Shown: positions 51,462 through 63,873, counted from the first letter of the stretch. The stretch: 64,000 nt of DNA from Vitrella brassicaformis CCMP3155 (GCA_001179505.1 CDMY01000223.1:62001-126000), one strand, 5' to 3'. Notes: generated by a model not told the origin, from the letters alone. Numbers and translations: made by a program.

Positions 51462-51868
51462 CGGCAAGAAGAGAGCTACGAGGAGAGCTACACGCACCTG
51501 CGGCAGTCACAATCACAACACACACGGACGCATGTGATGCGCCATTGTGTTTGAGTGCACTGGTGCTCTGGCTGTTACCTGCTAGACGTACGCGGCTGTT
51601 CTCTTCGACAGTAAGCCACTGCCGTGCGAGAAACCAATATGACGCCTCGAACCCTCTACTCTCGGAAGCCAAGACATTTGTGCTGCCAAGCAGTCATCGC
51701 AATCGTCATCATCTGTGCTCCGATGGCCCGTTTTCGCCACCTGTGTGCTCAGCGATCCGTCAGAAGCTCGCAAAAAGAGAGGAGGGAAACGGCGGAAGAA
51801 AAAGGGGAAGAAGAGAGGCGCCCTAGGAGATCCATATGGCTTGTTATCTATAAAAAAGTCGAACAGCG

Positions 51869-54469
51869 ATGGTCCGCAAGCGTCGCCGCAACGATGACGA
51901 CGAGGAGGACTTTGCGAGTCTCGATGCGGCGTCTGAAGAGGAGGACGAGGCACCCGACACCGAGGGAGACGAAGACGACGATGACGAGGTCAGAATCTCA
52001 GCAAGCACGGCAATTCATGTGTATCTCGTTGCATGTCTGTGGCTGTGCCATGACTGTCTGTGATCAGGATGAGGAGGAGGATGACGACGAGGAGTCCGAG
52101 GCAGAGCCTGAGAAGAAGGAGCTGCCTGAGCGGGGCACGCGAGGGAAGCGCATGGTCGCACTCCTCGGCGAAGCACTCGACAAGGACCAACAGGTCAGTC
52201 AGTCAGCCAGCCAAATACCAACACGCCCATACACTCGTTAACCCCACCCACCCACTGCCTTGTTGCTGTCTGCCTCTCTATCTGGTTGTGTACGTATCAG
52301 TTTTGGCAGCACGACACTTGGCGGGAGGAGAATGACGCGGAGGACAGTGAGTACGACAAGAAGGATGACGAGAAGGAGTTCAAGGAGGACCTCAGCGACA
52401 GCGACATCGACGAGCCCGAAGACGAAGATGAGGACGAGGACCAGGAGCCCGTCGAGGAGAAGGTCAAGAAGAAGTCCAAGTACGTCGACCCCGCACTCCT
52501 CAGGAAGAAAGCCGCCATGGCCAAGGCAAAACCAAAGCCCAAGGCGCTGGCTAGGGGAGAGAAGAGGAAACCCAAAGCAGGTCAGGGAGGCAATGCATGA
52601 TAAAGACAGGCAGGCAGAGAGGCAGGCAATGACGCGTGTGTGTGTGTGTGTGTGTGTGTGCCAGCCCGTGCTGACTCGTCGCAGTCTCAGTCGGACTTGC
52701 TGGCGATGAGTGCGGACCGTGCGAAGCGAGCCACCACCAAGCAGCAGTCAGAACTGCTCAACGAGGAACTCAAAATGAGAGAGGAGGAACAGGTACACAC
52801 ACACACACACACACGTGCATCCATGGCTCTCTCTCTCTCTCTGCGTGTACAATTGTTGTTTAGAAGTGGCGCACTCGTCGGAAGAAGGTCACTCCCGTGA
52901 AGCGTGTGTACGTCCCCACACAGGAGGAGCTGCTGCGGGAGGCCAAGATCACCGAGGAGTACAACACGGCCTCACTCGAGGCCCTGCGCAGGATGGTACG
53001 CACAGACACAGCAGGGCAGGCCTGCCCAGGCCGGGCACACACCGACACACACTCGGGGAAGAATGGGCTCTGTTTCTGCACATGTGTGTTCTGTGTGTCT
53101 TATGTACTGCTGCCTGCAGGAGGAGGTCAAGAAGCAGAAGATCATGGCCCAGGCCAAGAAAAAGTAAATAACCACACACACACACCACACAAACCACAGA
53201 CGACTGACGAGTGACGCTTGATTCTCACTTCTTTCTCCCCTCCTCTGCCTGCCTGTCTGCGCTTCAGGCAGCACCGGGGCCCCAAGATCATCTTCACATC
53301 GTCCTCCAAGATCCACCATGACAGGCGCAAGCCGCACCCCAACACACACATGGCCAACGGGCCCTCCGCACCGGCAGCGGCACCGGCACCTGCTGCTGCT
53401 GCTGCTGCATCGACGGAGCCCGGTAGCCGCGAGATAGTGTTCTTCCAGCGGGGAGCGCTGCCCAAGTGGCTGGATGCCATCGGTGCACCAACACGTGAGC
53501 CAACGATAGAGAAGGGGAGGGACGGAGGGGGAGAGTGCGTCTTGATCATGCGAGCATCTGTGCCTGTGGGGTGTGCCTGTGGTGGGTGCCTGTGGTGGGT
53601 GCCTGTGGTGTGTGTGTGTGTGTGTGTCTTTGTGTGCCCAGAGCCCAAGGCCAAGCGTTGCAAAGTGACAGGTGTGGCGAGAAACAAATTGTCTGTCTGT
53701 GCACTACCGCAGACACGTGTCTGTCTGTGCATCTGTCTGTTTGTGTGCGCAGGTCGTCCTGCGAGGTACCGTGACCCCAAGACTAAGGAGTATTTCAGCG
53801 ACGCGAAGGCCTTCAAGGCCCTGCGCACCCACCACCACCTGCAGGAGGACAAGACCTTCGTCACACAAATGCTCCACATACGGGTGGGTCAGCCGACGAC
53901 CGACAAGCCAGACATCAGAGACATCAGACGCACTGTGTGTGTGTTCACACATTGTGTCTGTCGTCGGTTCTGTTGGCTGCCTGCAGGACTTGATTGAGGC
54001 CAAGCGTAAGGAGGTGCAGCGCTTCGAGGAGAGGCAGGCCGAGCGCAACAGACAGCTGGGCCTCAGCGCAGACGGCCAGATACAACACCCCATGGAAGCA
54101 CCACCACCACCGCCACCACCACCAGCAGCCCCCGTCATCAAGCAAGACCCCTCGCCCCTCCCCGCCCCTCCCCCTCAGGAAGAGCCCAGCCCCCGCCCTT
54201 TTGCCGGCATGGCACCCATGCAGACGCAAGCCCAGTACACGCAGCTTCTCCTGCAGCAGCAACAGCAACAGCAGCAGCAGCAGCAGGCCTTCCCTGCCGC
54301 TGTTCGTCCACCTTTTGTGCATCCCTTCCTGGCGATGGGTGCGGGTGGACCGTTTGCAATGCGGCCGGTGATGAGGCGAGATGCGGCTGGTGCTGGGGGT
54401 GGGGGGCAGGGTCAGGCAGGGCTGCGCCAGGGGGTGCAGAATGGTGGGTTGGGGATGGGCATGAGATGA
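51869..54469 (+). CDS. VPS72: YL1/Vps72 (SWR1/SRCAP H2A.Z chaperone subunit), multi-exon
   Basis: Acidic N-terminus, LPERGTRGKRMVALL, EDSEY...DSDIDEPE, PTQEELLREAKITEEYNTASL, YL1_C motif RCKVT|GRPARYRDPKTKEYFSDAKAFKALR. Confidence 0.92.
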
Positions 54470-54925
54470 GACTCAATTGCTCGGTTCGTTGGTGTGGTTG
54501 TCTGTGTTGTGCATACCGATCCGTGACCATCAAGTCGATGAGAGGCGGGGGCGTGAGTAGCTACTCAAGCCAGGCCCCTCGTCTGCTTGCTGGTCACGGG
54601 TCGGATGCACAACAAATCAATGCCGCCACCAGGGTAACACAAATTGGAGGTCGTCTTCTCTCTGTGAAGCGTCCGTTCGATTCTCGAGGCGCCCCACGTT
54701 CACTCATCAGCTACTGCCAGCCCTCACTATCGACTCAGCACGTACACCCGCACCCACCCCTACCCCTCCCCCTCACACCCCGTCAGCTGGTCATCGACAG
54801 CAGAGCCCATCTGTTCTGTCTATCCACACATGCTCGCTCAAGCACTCACTCCCCCACTCACTCACTCACAGGATCACTGCACGTGACGCATCGGTCGGTA
54901 TCCGTCACGTCAAGGTGGCGCCGTG

Positions 54926-56266
54926 TCATGATGGGACAGGTTCTGCGGTGCCCCACAGCTGCTTGAGCCTGGCGTCGCGGCCACACGACCTCCTGTAAAA
55001 CTTGTACAGCTCGGAACTCTTCTTGTAGTAGTCCTGATGATAATCCCTGCACACACACAACACCATGTGCTGTTGGCCTCTCCCTCTCTCCTTTCCGCCC
55101 TCCTCACTCGGCAGGGAAGAATGTGGCGGCCGGGAGTATCTCTGTGGCTATGGATCGGCTGCCGAGGGCGCCTGAGCTCTGGAGCTTCTTCTTGCTTTCC
55201 TCAGCTATCCGACGCTCAGCATCGGTGCGCACAAAGATCGCAGAACTGACGACAGACGGACGCAGATAAACGTGGCCTGTGCTGTGTCTGCCATGTGGGC
55301 TTCTGTGTGTTCGCTTACGTGTATTGTTTGCCCTTGTCGCAGAACTGTCCTGCTCTGTCGGTGGGGTCAATAGACCGCCAGAAGAAATCCACCAACGACT
55401 CGTACGATGTCTGCACACAGGCAGGGCAAATAGATGTCCCGGCAATTAGGGCAAACCTTCCTTGTGTGTGTGTGTGTGTGTGTGTTGTGTGTTCGCATAC
55501 CACTGATGGGTCATATACGACGAGCACCGACTCCCGGTGCCCCGTCACGCCCTTGGACACCTGCAGGACGGGCAGAAAGACAGACACACAGACGCATCCA
55601 TTGCCTCGGCCACTGGCCCGCCCTGGGCTCACTGACTGACACACCTGTTGATAAGACGGATTGGCCACATTGCCTCCAGTGTACCCAGACACGACAGAGT
55701 TCACCCCCTTCAAGGCCTCAAAATCTGCACCCGCCCGCGATGTGAAGAGACAAGCATGGGACGTTCCTCCCTCTCTCTTTCGCTCTCCCACTCTCCTCGG
55801 CGCACGCACCTTTCTCGCTGCACCAGAAGCATCCTCCAGCGAATGCCGCCACCTCATAGCCATAGCCCTTCACAGCGGCCGCCAGGTCATCGGCTGACGG
55901 CACGTCGCCCTGAAGCGACTCCCGGCTGAAGTCAATCTTCTTAGTCCTGCTGTCGTAGATGGGCAAGCCACCCGCATCTGCTGCATCTGCCGCACCAGCT
56001 GCTTGCAGGAAGGAGAAGGGAACCTCACGCAGGGAGACGGGCCGCCGCTGGAGCAGTTGACGCGAAAGATCGTCTGCCGTCCTCACTATGGCTGGCGGAT
56101 CTTGCAAGGGAATCAGTGGTGGGGCGTCCGCAAGGGCAGCCAGCGCGTGAAGCGAGGGAGAGCCAGGCGGCCGTCCTCTTCTTGCCTGTTGGTGTGGCGA
56201 TGAAGGTGGCTGCAGGAATGCATCGGCAGCAACCAGCAGTGCCTGGCAAATGGCAAACAGCTTCAT
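54926..56266 (-). CDS. msrA: Peptide methionine sulfoxide reductase MsrA with bipartite plastid-type leader, 6 exons
   Basis: MKLFAICQALLVAADA/FLQP leader; AAFAGGCFWCSE|ADF, VVSGYTGG...NPSYQQV, GHRESVLVVYDP, DPTDRAGQFCDKG, FFPAE|DYHQDYYKK, YKFYRRSCGRDARLKQLWG. Confidence 0.93.
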
Positions 56267-56468
56267 TCTGCAGACCTCGTAGATCTGCAAAGCTCGCAAA
56301 TGTCAAGCCCTAGGGTGCTCCCTGAAACCGCTGCTGCTTGCAGCAAAGGAAGTTCCGCTGAACCGCTGAAAGCTAAACCAGCGGATCTCTGTGGTGATCT
56401 TGGCGTGAGGTTGTCCACATCGCATCTCTTTGACAAGGCAGTTGGCACCGAATCGGGGAGGATTGAGG

Positions 56469-58528
56469 ATGGCGACGACACCTGAGGCTGCTGGCAGCAG
56501 CGGGTACCACCGCCTCGAGAGCGAAGATCCCGCTGCCGGGCCCTATCATGGTGAGGCGAACGGACGCCCTCCGCTGCAGCACAGAGGTGGGAAGGAAGCA
56601 AGGCACACACGCACACTCACGACAAACACACACCTCCGTCGTGCAGGCAATGTGCTATTTATTGCCTGATTTCCTTCCTGTGTGCAACTAACTGGTCAGG
56701 TTCTGGCCCCATCCACACGTTTGCCCGAGATGTGGCGGTTCGGATGAGTGCCACAGTGCGGAAGATTGAGGACTCCGGCGAGTCGATGAGGGTGGAGGTC
56801 ATCGTCTTCTGCCTCTATCACCTCCCGGTGAGCTAGCGCATCGTGAGCAAACAGAGAGAGGGATGGCGGAGAAGTGCTTCTCACTTGTGTCTGTGTGTGT
56901 GTGTGTGTGTGTGTGTTCGACCGGGCGTGGCTTGCCTTTGTGCGAAGGAGTGCTGCGACGGCGAGGAGCGTGTGCATTCCCACGGTCGGTGTCGCCACTG
57001 GAAGATCGTCAATGACGTGAGCCAGCTCCCGTGGCACCCACACCTCGTCCTCAGAGCCAGCGACACCAGGGACTTCGTTCCTGAGATGTGGTCAGCTCAA
57101 CACACACACACAGACATACGCACACCCACACAGACGCACACACACACACAGCCTCTCGGCAAACCCCTTTAGCATCCTTGTTGTGTTTCTGTCTGTCTGT
57201 CTGTCTGCCTGTCTGTCTGCCTGTCTGCAGCGCTTTCAATCTGTGCAGCGGTGTGTGTGTGTACCTCAAGTCGTGGTCGGCCGACATGTACGTTTCGCTG
57301 GACCTCAAGGCTTTCCCCTTCGACCAGCAGTTGCTGCCCATCCGCCTCTTCTGCACCAACGCACGCATGATGCCACAAATCGACCTCTCATTCGCCGCGT
57401 GGGCGGGAGGGCCCGGATGGTATGTACGGTACACACAACACAACACACGTGATCGAGATACAGACAGACAGAGAGTATCCGATAGATGAGATGGAGCCAG
57501 CCACTCACCTCACTCACCTCACCTGGGCATCTATCTGTCGCATTACTGCATGGTACGGTGCCTGCCTTCCTTGTGGTGTGCAGGTGGCCCGACCTGCCGT
57601 TTGTGATTGACAGTTTGTGCGAGATGGCGGTGCAGACGAGCTCGTGGCATGTGGATGAGGTGGAGCCGCTGCGATTCAGCAGCAGCGACTTCAGCAGCCT
57701 CTCCACCACCTGGATGCTCGCGCACGTCCAGCGGAGCTCCCACTTCTTCCTCTGGAACATCATCATTATCATGTGAGCGACGTGCCTGTAGGTAGCTAAT
57801 GGCCGTTTGGAGGCTTGTGTGTGTGTGTGTGTGTGTGCGTGTGTGTGTGTGTGTGCGTTGCGTAGGTTCCTGATCGTGTGCATTCAGTTTGCCTGCATTG
57901 GGATCCACTTGACCAACTTCGCCGACCGGGCACAGTTCTGCGTCACCCTCTTCCTCACCGCAGTCGCCTTCAAGCTGGCCGTCGCACAAAGGTGGGTGGG
58001 GAGGGAACACACAGATCCTCACAGTCAGCTGCGCCACCCTCTCCTCTCTCCATCTTTGTGTGTGTGTGTGTGTGTGTGCGTGTGTCGTGTTGGTTGGCCA
58101 ACCACTCCAGCCTCCCCCCACTGAGCTACCTCACCTTCATGGACAAGTATATCATCGTGTGTTTCGTCGTCTTGTCCGCATTCATCGTCGAGTCCCTCAT
58201 CGTCAGCCACATCGCCCACGGCTGGGGAAGCGAAGCGCTCGCCCAACAGGTCGATTTCTGGTTCTACATCGTCTCCTCGGCATCCTGGGGCGTGTTCCAC
58301 GTCTGGCTCTTCTGCAAGAGTGGGGTGGCTGACGTCTTGGCGGAAAGGAAGCACAGGCGGCTGTGTGGGGAGTCGGGGGGGGACGACGAGAGGGAGCCGC
58401 TCAGCAAGGGGAGGCATGCGGCCGTACGGCCCGTCAAGAAGGGGTCGCTCATGTCGTCGATGATGAAGCAGGACACGTGGGAGATCAAGGAGGAGCTCAC
58501 GCAGAGGACAATGGACTATGACACCTGA
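56469..58528 (+). CDS. Cys-less (Pro-loop) pentameric ligand-gated ion channel, multi-exon
   Basis: WHPHLVL, LDLKAFPFDQQLLPIRL (Pro-loop without flanking disulfide), HVQRSSHFFLWNIII (pre-M1/M1), FADRAQFCVTLFLTAVAFK (M2), LPPLSYLTFMDKY (M2-M3), M4 VDFWFYIVSSASWGVFHVWLF. Confidence 0.88.
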
Positions 58529-58979
58529 AGGGAAGGCCAGGCTCTTGCCTTGTATGTCTGTGTGCAGCGAGTGCATGCCCTTGAGTGTCTGTGTGTCTGT
58601 GTGCATGGCATGAGTCAGTCTTCCTGGTCAAGTAGGGCGTCCTAGGCTTTGTGTGGCCGTTCTTCGTACCTAATTTGTGTGCCGTGCCAGTCGAGTCGGG
58701 GATGGGTGTCGGTGTGGGTGTGGGCCAGCGGGCGGGGGGTGCGTGGACTTACCGTAACTTCAGATAGATAAACAGCTTGTCGCTATGTGGTTTTTATATC
58801 AGGGCGTTCCGTGCCGAAGGAGAGCGTTGCAGTGCACGGCTGCGATACGCACCCCTTTGCACACGCATCTTTTTCACCAGGGACGCGTGGATGAATCAGA
58901 ACAGACATGGACAAACTATTTACATGTCATTCATGTCAAGTGTCCGTCTGGTCCTCCGGGTCTGCTCACACGAACACAA

Positions 58980-59447
58980 CTATCTGACCCCTTCACCGCC
59001 CGTCATGGCACTTGCCATGCCCGGGTGACCACTGGCGGCAGCCTGTCCTTCACTGCTCTCATCACCCGTTTCAACACTCTTATCGATTGGCATCTTGAGC
59101 CCCACACTCGCCGCCACCTTCTTGATCTTCTCAATGTCCTCCGCACTCTCGCCTATCTCGTACTTGTCCATCAGACTCGCCACAGCATTGATGCTGTCAC
59201 GGTACTCCACAAACCCCGTCAGCAGCTCGGGCCGCTCGTGCGCAATCCGTGTGCCCCAATCATGCCACATGGGGTTGTCCCTCTTGTGGCACACGTCACG
59301 CTCGACGACCGTGAAGAAGTCGCGCAGCTTGGACGCGGGAGATGAGCCATTGAGCTGATGCTGCTTGGGCGCCGCCTTGGATCTGGCAGGATTTGAGGAT
59401 GACGGAGACTGGCTGGCGCAGCAGCGGCGAACAGACCGACGCAGCAT
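58980..59447 (-). CDS. Small protein of unknown function with a mitochondrial-type presequence
   Basis: MLRRSVRRCCASQSPSS (Arg/Ser-rich, no acidic residues), then a globular-looking region LRDFFTVVERDVCH...WHDWGTRIAHERPELLTGFVEYRDSINAVASLMDKY with coding-like codon use. Confidence 0.6.
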   Translation of the reverse strand: MLRRSVRRCCASQSPSSSNPARSKAAPKQHQLNGSSPASKLRDFFTVVERDVCHKRDNPMWHDWGTRIAHERPELLTGFVEYRDSINAVASLMDKYEIGESAEDIEKIKKVAASVGLKMPIDKSVETGDESSEGQAAASGHPGMASAMTGGEGVR

Positions 59448-59506
59448 CGTCCTCGTCGTCCTTCTGCTCAGCGGTTTCAGGCCCCTTACACTGCGAGCTG
59501 GAACTG

Positions 59507-61152
59507 ATGCGCGAGATGATGGCAACGGCAGTTGAGCAGGTGGTGCCGTCCGCGATGGGCGACAAAGTCGTTCTCAAAGACGCAGATCTGACGCTGCACG
59601 TGCCCATCTTCGATTTGGCCGAGGACAATGAGTCCCTGCGGATGGCGGTGCGAGAGGCGTGCAAGACCATCGGCTTCTTCCTTGTCAAGAACCACGGTGT
59701 GCCTGAAGAGGTGACACAGATGGCGAGCAGCAACAGAAGGAGAGGAGATGGTTCGTCGTCTTAATTTCATGAGTGCATCTGTCTGTCTGTGTGTGTCAGT
59801 TGCTGAGCCGCGCGTTTTCTGAGATGCGGCGGTTCTTCTCGCTGCCGATTGAGCGGAAGATGCAGGTCGCCGCGTCGACCAACGCCAACAACCGGGGCTA
59901 CACTCGGTGGGCAGAGGAGACCCTCGATGTCGAAAAGTCAACGCAGGGCGACACCAAAGAGGGTCAGAGGAGAGGGACAGACCAACACACACGCGACAGA
60001 CAGATATACACAGTCACTGCTGCATCTGTCTGTCCTGCGCGTCTGTGCTGTTGCTCTGCAGGGTACTACATTGGCCGTGAGGTGCCGCCCGACTCACCGG
60101 AGACGTCACTGCCACTTCATGGTCCCAACATGTGGCCAGCGGACCTCCCCGGATGGCGAGAGGTGCGTAGGACAGACGAGAGAAGCAACGGCTGTGTGTC
60201 ATATGCTGTGCGTGTGCGTGTGCGTGTCATTGGTGCAGACGATGGAGGAGTATGTGTCGGCGGTTATCACACTCAGCGTGCGGATCACACACCTCCTGGC
60301 GATGGCCCTTGACCTGCCAGAGGACTGGTTCGATCAGTACTTCACGAGGCCTCTCACTGCGTAAGACGCACAAGAGAGGCTAGATGAACGCAGGCTTGAT
60401 GCTTGCAAGTGTGTCGGTGTGTGTGTGTGCAGCTTGCGGCCGCTGCATTATTCGGCAGAGCTGTCGGATCCGGCCAAAGGGAAGTTTGCTGCCGGCGAAC
60501 ACTCAGACTATGGTGAGAGCTCTAGCAGAGAGAGCCCCGCTGGCTGCCCTCCTACACTGCTTAGGTTCCCCGTGGTGTCTGTCTGTCTGTCTGTCTGTCG
60601 TGTGTTATGTGTCAGGTATGCTGACTGTGTTGGCGACTGACGGCACGCCAGGTCTGCAGATCAAGCCGCGGGGCTGCGACAGGTGGATCGACGTGCCGAC
60701 AATCCCTGGCACTTATGTCATCAACCTGGGGGACATGCTGCAGGTGTGAGTGAGGTGACCACAGGGATGCCTTGATGTGATGTGTGGATTGCATTGGTAT
60801 AGAGGTGGACCAATGACGTGTTCATGAGCACCCCCCACCGGGTGGTGAATGTGACGGCCACCGAGAGGTACTCACTGCCCTTCTTCTACGAACCCAACTA
60901 TGACACAAAGGTAGGTGTGCAGTGAGTGCATCCACACACACAGAGAAAGAAGGCAGGCGGACATAGACGTGTTGTTTTTTTAATCCATCCATTTGGCAGG
61001 TTGAGTGTCTGCCGTCGTGCTGCTCGGCCACCAATCCGCCCAAGTACGAGCCCTGCATCAGCGGCCAGCACCTGATCGGCAAATACAGCGCCACACACAA
61101 GGACTTCGCCAACGAGAAGCCACACACCATGAACGGCACGGGGGGACAGTGA
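59507..61152 (+). CDS. IPNS-like 2OG-Fe(II) dioxygenase (DIOX_N + 2OG-FeII_Oxy), about 8 exons
   Basis: VPIFDL, ACKTIGFFLVKNHGVP, FFSLPIERKM, NRGY, GPNMWP, LRPLHY, AGEHSDY|GMLTVL (HxD), GLQI, VINLGDMLQ|RWTN, STPHRV, RYSLPFF (RxS). Start may be 59507, 59516 or 59519. Confidence 0.93.
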
Positions 61153-61530
61153 AGCTAGCTAGGGGGGTTTGTGACACTCAGATGGATGACATCCATGGCG
61201 CTTTGCCAGCCATTTTGTCCGTCTGAGTGAGTGAGTGGATGAGTGTGTGTGGGTCAGTCAGCATGGCATGGACGGGGGACCGGCTGGCGGGCTGTCTTTT
61301 TGCAGCTGGCTGGGTCGATCGAGGCCGATGGCTGGTCATGTCTGTGCAGTCCATACAGGCATCATCGATGCTTTTTGAACCGACTGAGCGTATGTGCAGT
61401 GATGAGGTGATTGATGTGTCCATGACACTTACTTGGAGTGCCAATTCGACTCGTCGGTCAGTCACCGGTCAATACATGTCTCTCAGGCACACCCCCAACA
61501 CACACACACATGCGTCCTCTCAGAACCGAA

Positions 61531-62418
61531 TCAACTTACATCATAATATAAAATGTAGACAGCGATGCACACACACACACTCTTGCTGCCCTTCCGAGCC
61601 GTCGTTCTACGTAGAAATGTGGGAAGCGAGGTGGAGTAGCTGAGTGCCGTGATGATCGCCAGCGACAGCACCGCCACCAGCAGCCACATCAGCACCTTGC
61701 CCCACCGCAGCGGTCCCGGGAGTCGCCGCATACACCGCTTGCAGCATGTCGGCCCTGCGTGAACAGAAACGATAGCCGACAGAGGTCGTGATAGACAGAG
61801 GTCTCAGACCTCTCCCTGCTGCACAGCAGAGGGGCGGGCAGATAACAACGAAGCCTCTACTCTGTGGCTGTGCACACACACACCGGGCAGGCCAACAGAC
61901 AGGAATGCGCACAGGAACTTGCTCCCGAGGGCGTGAAAAGTGACGTGGGTGGCATCATAGAGACGAGAGCTTAACTGGTGGGCTCAGCACGTGGCTCAGC
62001 ACGGCCAAGGTGATGACGCAAGGGAGCCATCACGCTGTCGCATTCGCATTACTCACCGGCCAATCCCAGAATGATGGGATTCTGAGCAGTGGTCCCGCGT
62101 AAGCGCCCAGGAACCTCGCGGCGTTCTGTGCCGAGCGGGGAAGTCGGTTGTTGAATGTGACGTCCTTGGTGTGCTGCACATACAACGACACACACAGCAC
62201 TGTCTGTGTGCTTGATGCTGCTGTGGGTGTGGGTTTGGGTGTGGCTTACCCTCCAGCAGGTCGAACACCGAGCTGTCCAGCTTGACCAAGCCCCTCTCAG
62301 AGCGGCGCAGTGCCGCCTCGGCCTTGAAGCTGCCGGTGGTCGGTTGGTCCTCCTCCTTGTCTCTCTGACCTTTTTCCTGCCACTTTCCATGGCCTTCTGG
62401 AGCGGGTTGTCGAGGCAT
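61531..62418 (-). CDS. Putative multi-exon protein with a C-terminal TM helix, unknown function
   Basis: In-phase GT-AG joins give ...KAEAALRRSERGLVKLDSSVFDLLE|AHQGRH...IILGLA|GPTCCKRCMRRLPGPLRWGKVLMWLLVAVLSLAIITALSYS. The 5' end is ambiguous because an out-of-frame ATG ORF starts at 62506. Confidence 0.4.
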
Positions 62419-62755
62419 GGCCTGCGACGGTCTCTGGGGCCTTGGACGTGGTCTCCAGGAAGTGCGTGATCGACGAGGCGGTCAAGTTCTCGTACGTCAG
62501 GGCCATGGTGCCCTCACCAACGCCTACAGTCTCGGCGCTCCCTGCTGCTCACGAGCAGAGGGGGCGGGCAGACGACAACGAACACCTCTCCTCTGTGTCT
62601 GTGCACACACACACCGGGCAGGCCAACAGACTGCGCACAGGAACTTGCTCCCGAGGGCGTGAAGTGACGTGCGTGGCATCGTACCCGAAAAATAAGAGAA
62701 ATGGCGACAGCCTAACTGCGCTCAGCACGACCAAGGTGATGAGCGAAAGCAAGGG
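61812..62755. repeat. Diverged direct duplication of about 215 bp (copies 61812-62024 and 62538-62755)
   Basis: Collinear shared blocks: ctccctgctgc, gcagagggg(g)cgggcaga, tgtgcacacacacaccgggcaggccaacagac, gcgcacaggaacttgctcccgagggcgtgaa, gtgacgtg, gctcagcacg.ccaaggtgatga, gcaaggg. Confidence 0.85.
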
Positions 62756-63873
62756 CGCAGGGGAGCAGATGAGAGAGGCTCAGCGACGTCCTCATCAGAC
62801 GGCTGCAGCTTCTCTCCCTTGCGTTTGCGCGATGGCGGGATGTGTGGTTCAGGTTGGGCAGCGGAGGCGGCGGGGTGCGAGGGCCTCCTGGAGCGGGGGC
62901 CGTCCTTGCTTTCTGTGATGACATCAGGGGGAAATCCAGAGAGGGAAAGGCAGAGAAACGATGACGTCCTGGGTGAAAGGAGATGGAATGGCATAATCTG
63001 TTGGTTGTCCGTAGGGAACTGCACTCTCTTGCTGCCCACTGTCTGAAGAAACGGTTTCTTTCAGAAAAATTGTTTCTCGTGAGACAGAGGGATTCTCGAC
63101 ACAACAGGAATTTACAGAAAGGACAGGAGACAAGAGGGGATCGTATTCATCGCTTTCCCACTCTGCCTTCCCCATCCGTGCCCCTTTAGGCCCGGCAGAT
63201 GCGAATGGGCATGCCGGAGACAGCTCGAGGACGAACGAACGAAAATATGGCGGGTCGTCGAACCCGCTCGCCCCGCATCCATGCAGGCAGCCCGAAGGCT
63301 GATGCAGCCCACGACACGTGTGCCTCAGGCAATGCTCCTGCTGAAACAGATGCAATCCCCACACTTTTGCAATGTATGCCAAGAGGGAACGGGGGGGGAC
63401 ATTCTATACGCCACGACGCGAAGGTTTGACCATCATTTTATACGGCCCTTGACTGGGTCAGTCATATGAGGCGCAGCGGCTCAGGATCCCCGAATTCCAC
63501 AGCACCACACAGTGGGTACTTGGAGACACGAGGAAACACCAGCTGCATGTATGGTCGTAGACGGCAGACGGCTGCATCTACTGCCTCGGGAGGAAACTCT
63601 CCTCGGTATGATCGAATGACGCCTCGAAACCTCGCCGCTGCATTCGCCTCCACCGAACGGCTACAACGATGTGCGATTTGCAGTGGAAAGGCCCACGAAA
63701 CGACGGGGGCGTCCTCAGCCTGAGATAGAAGAGCCTTTCCACGACAGCCACGCGTCCCTGCAGAAGAACACACGAGTTGCACGGACGAGCGGAGAGAAGA
63801 AGGCATGCGCGCACCGAAGAGGACGCCACACTTCTACGACATCCGTAAGCCCACGAACACGCTTGCATGCATA

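Noticed and set aside
53560-53610. Short intronic tandem repeats (14-bp ctgtggtgggtgc-type here; 11-bp gtgtgtgtcat x3 at ~27030-27068; 14-bp at ~3915-3945; 9-bp ERT-coding x3 at ~17520-17546)
   Set aside because: Ordinary slippage-derived minisatellites in a repeat-rich genome.
55820-55850. Selenocysteine in MsrA
   Set aside because: Active site reads GGCFWC with ordinary Cys codons and no in-frame TGA.
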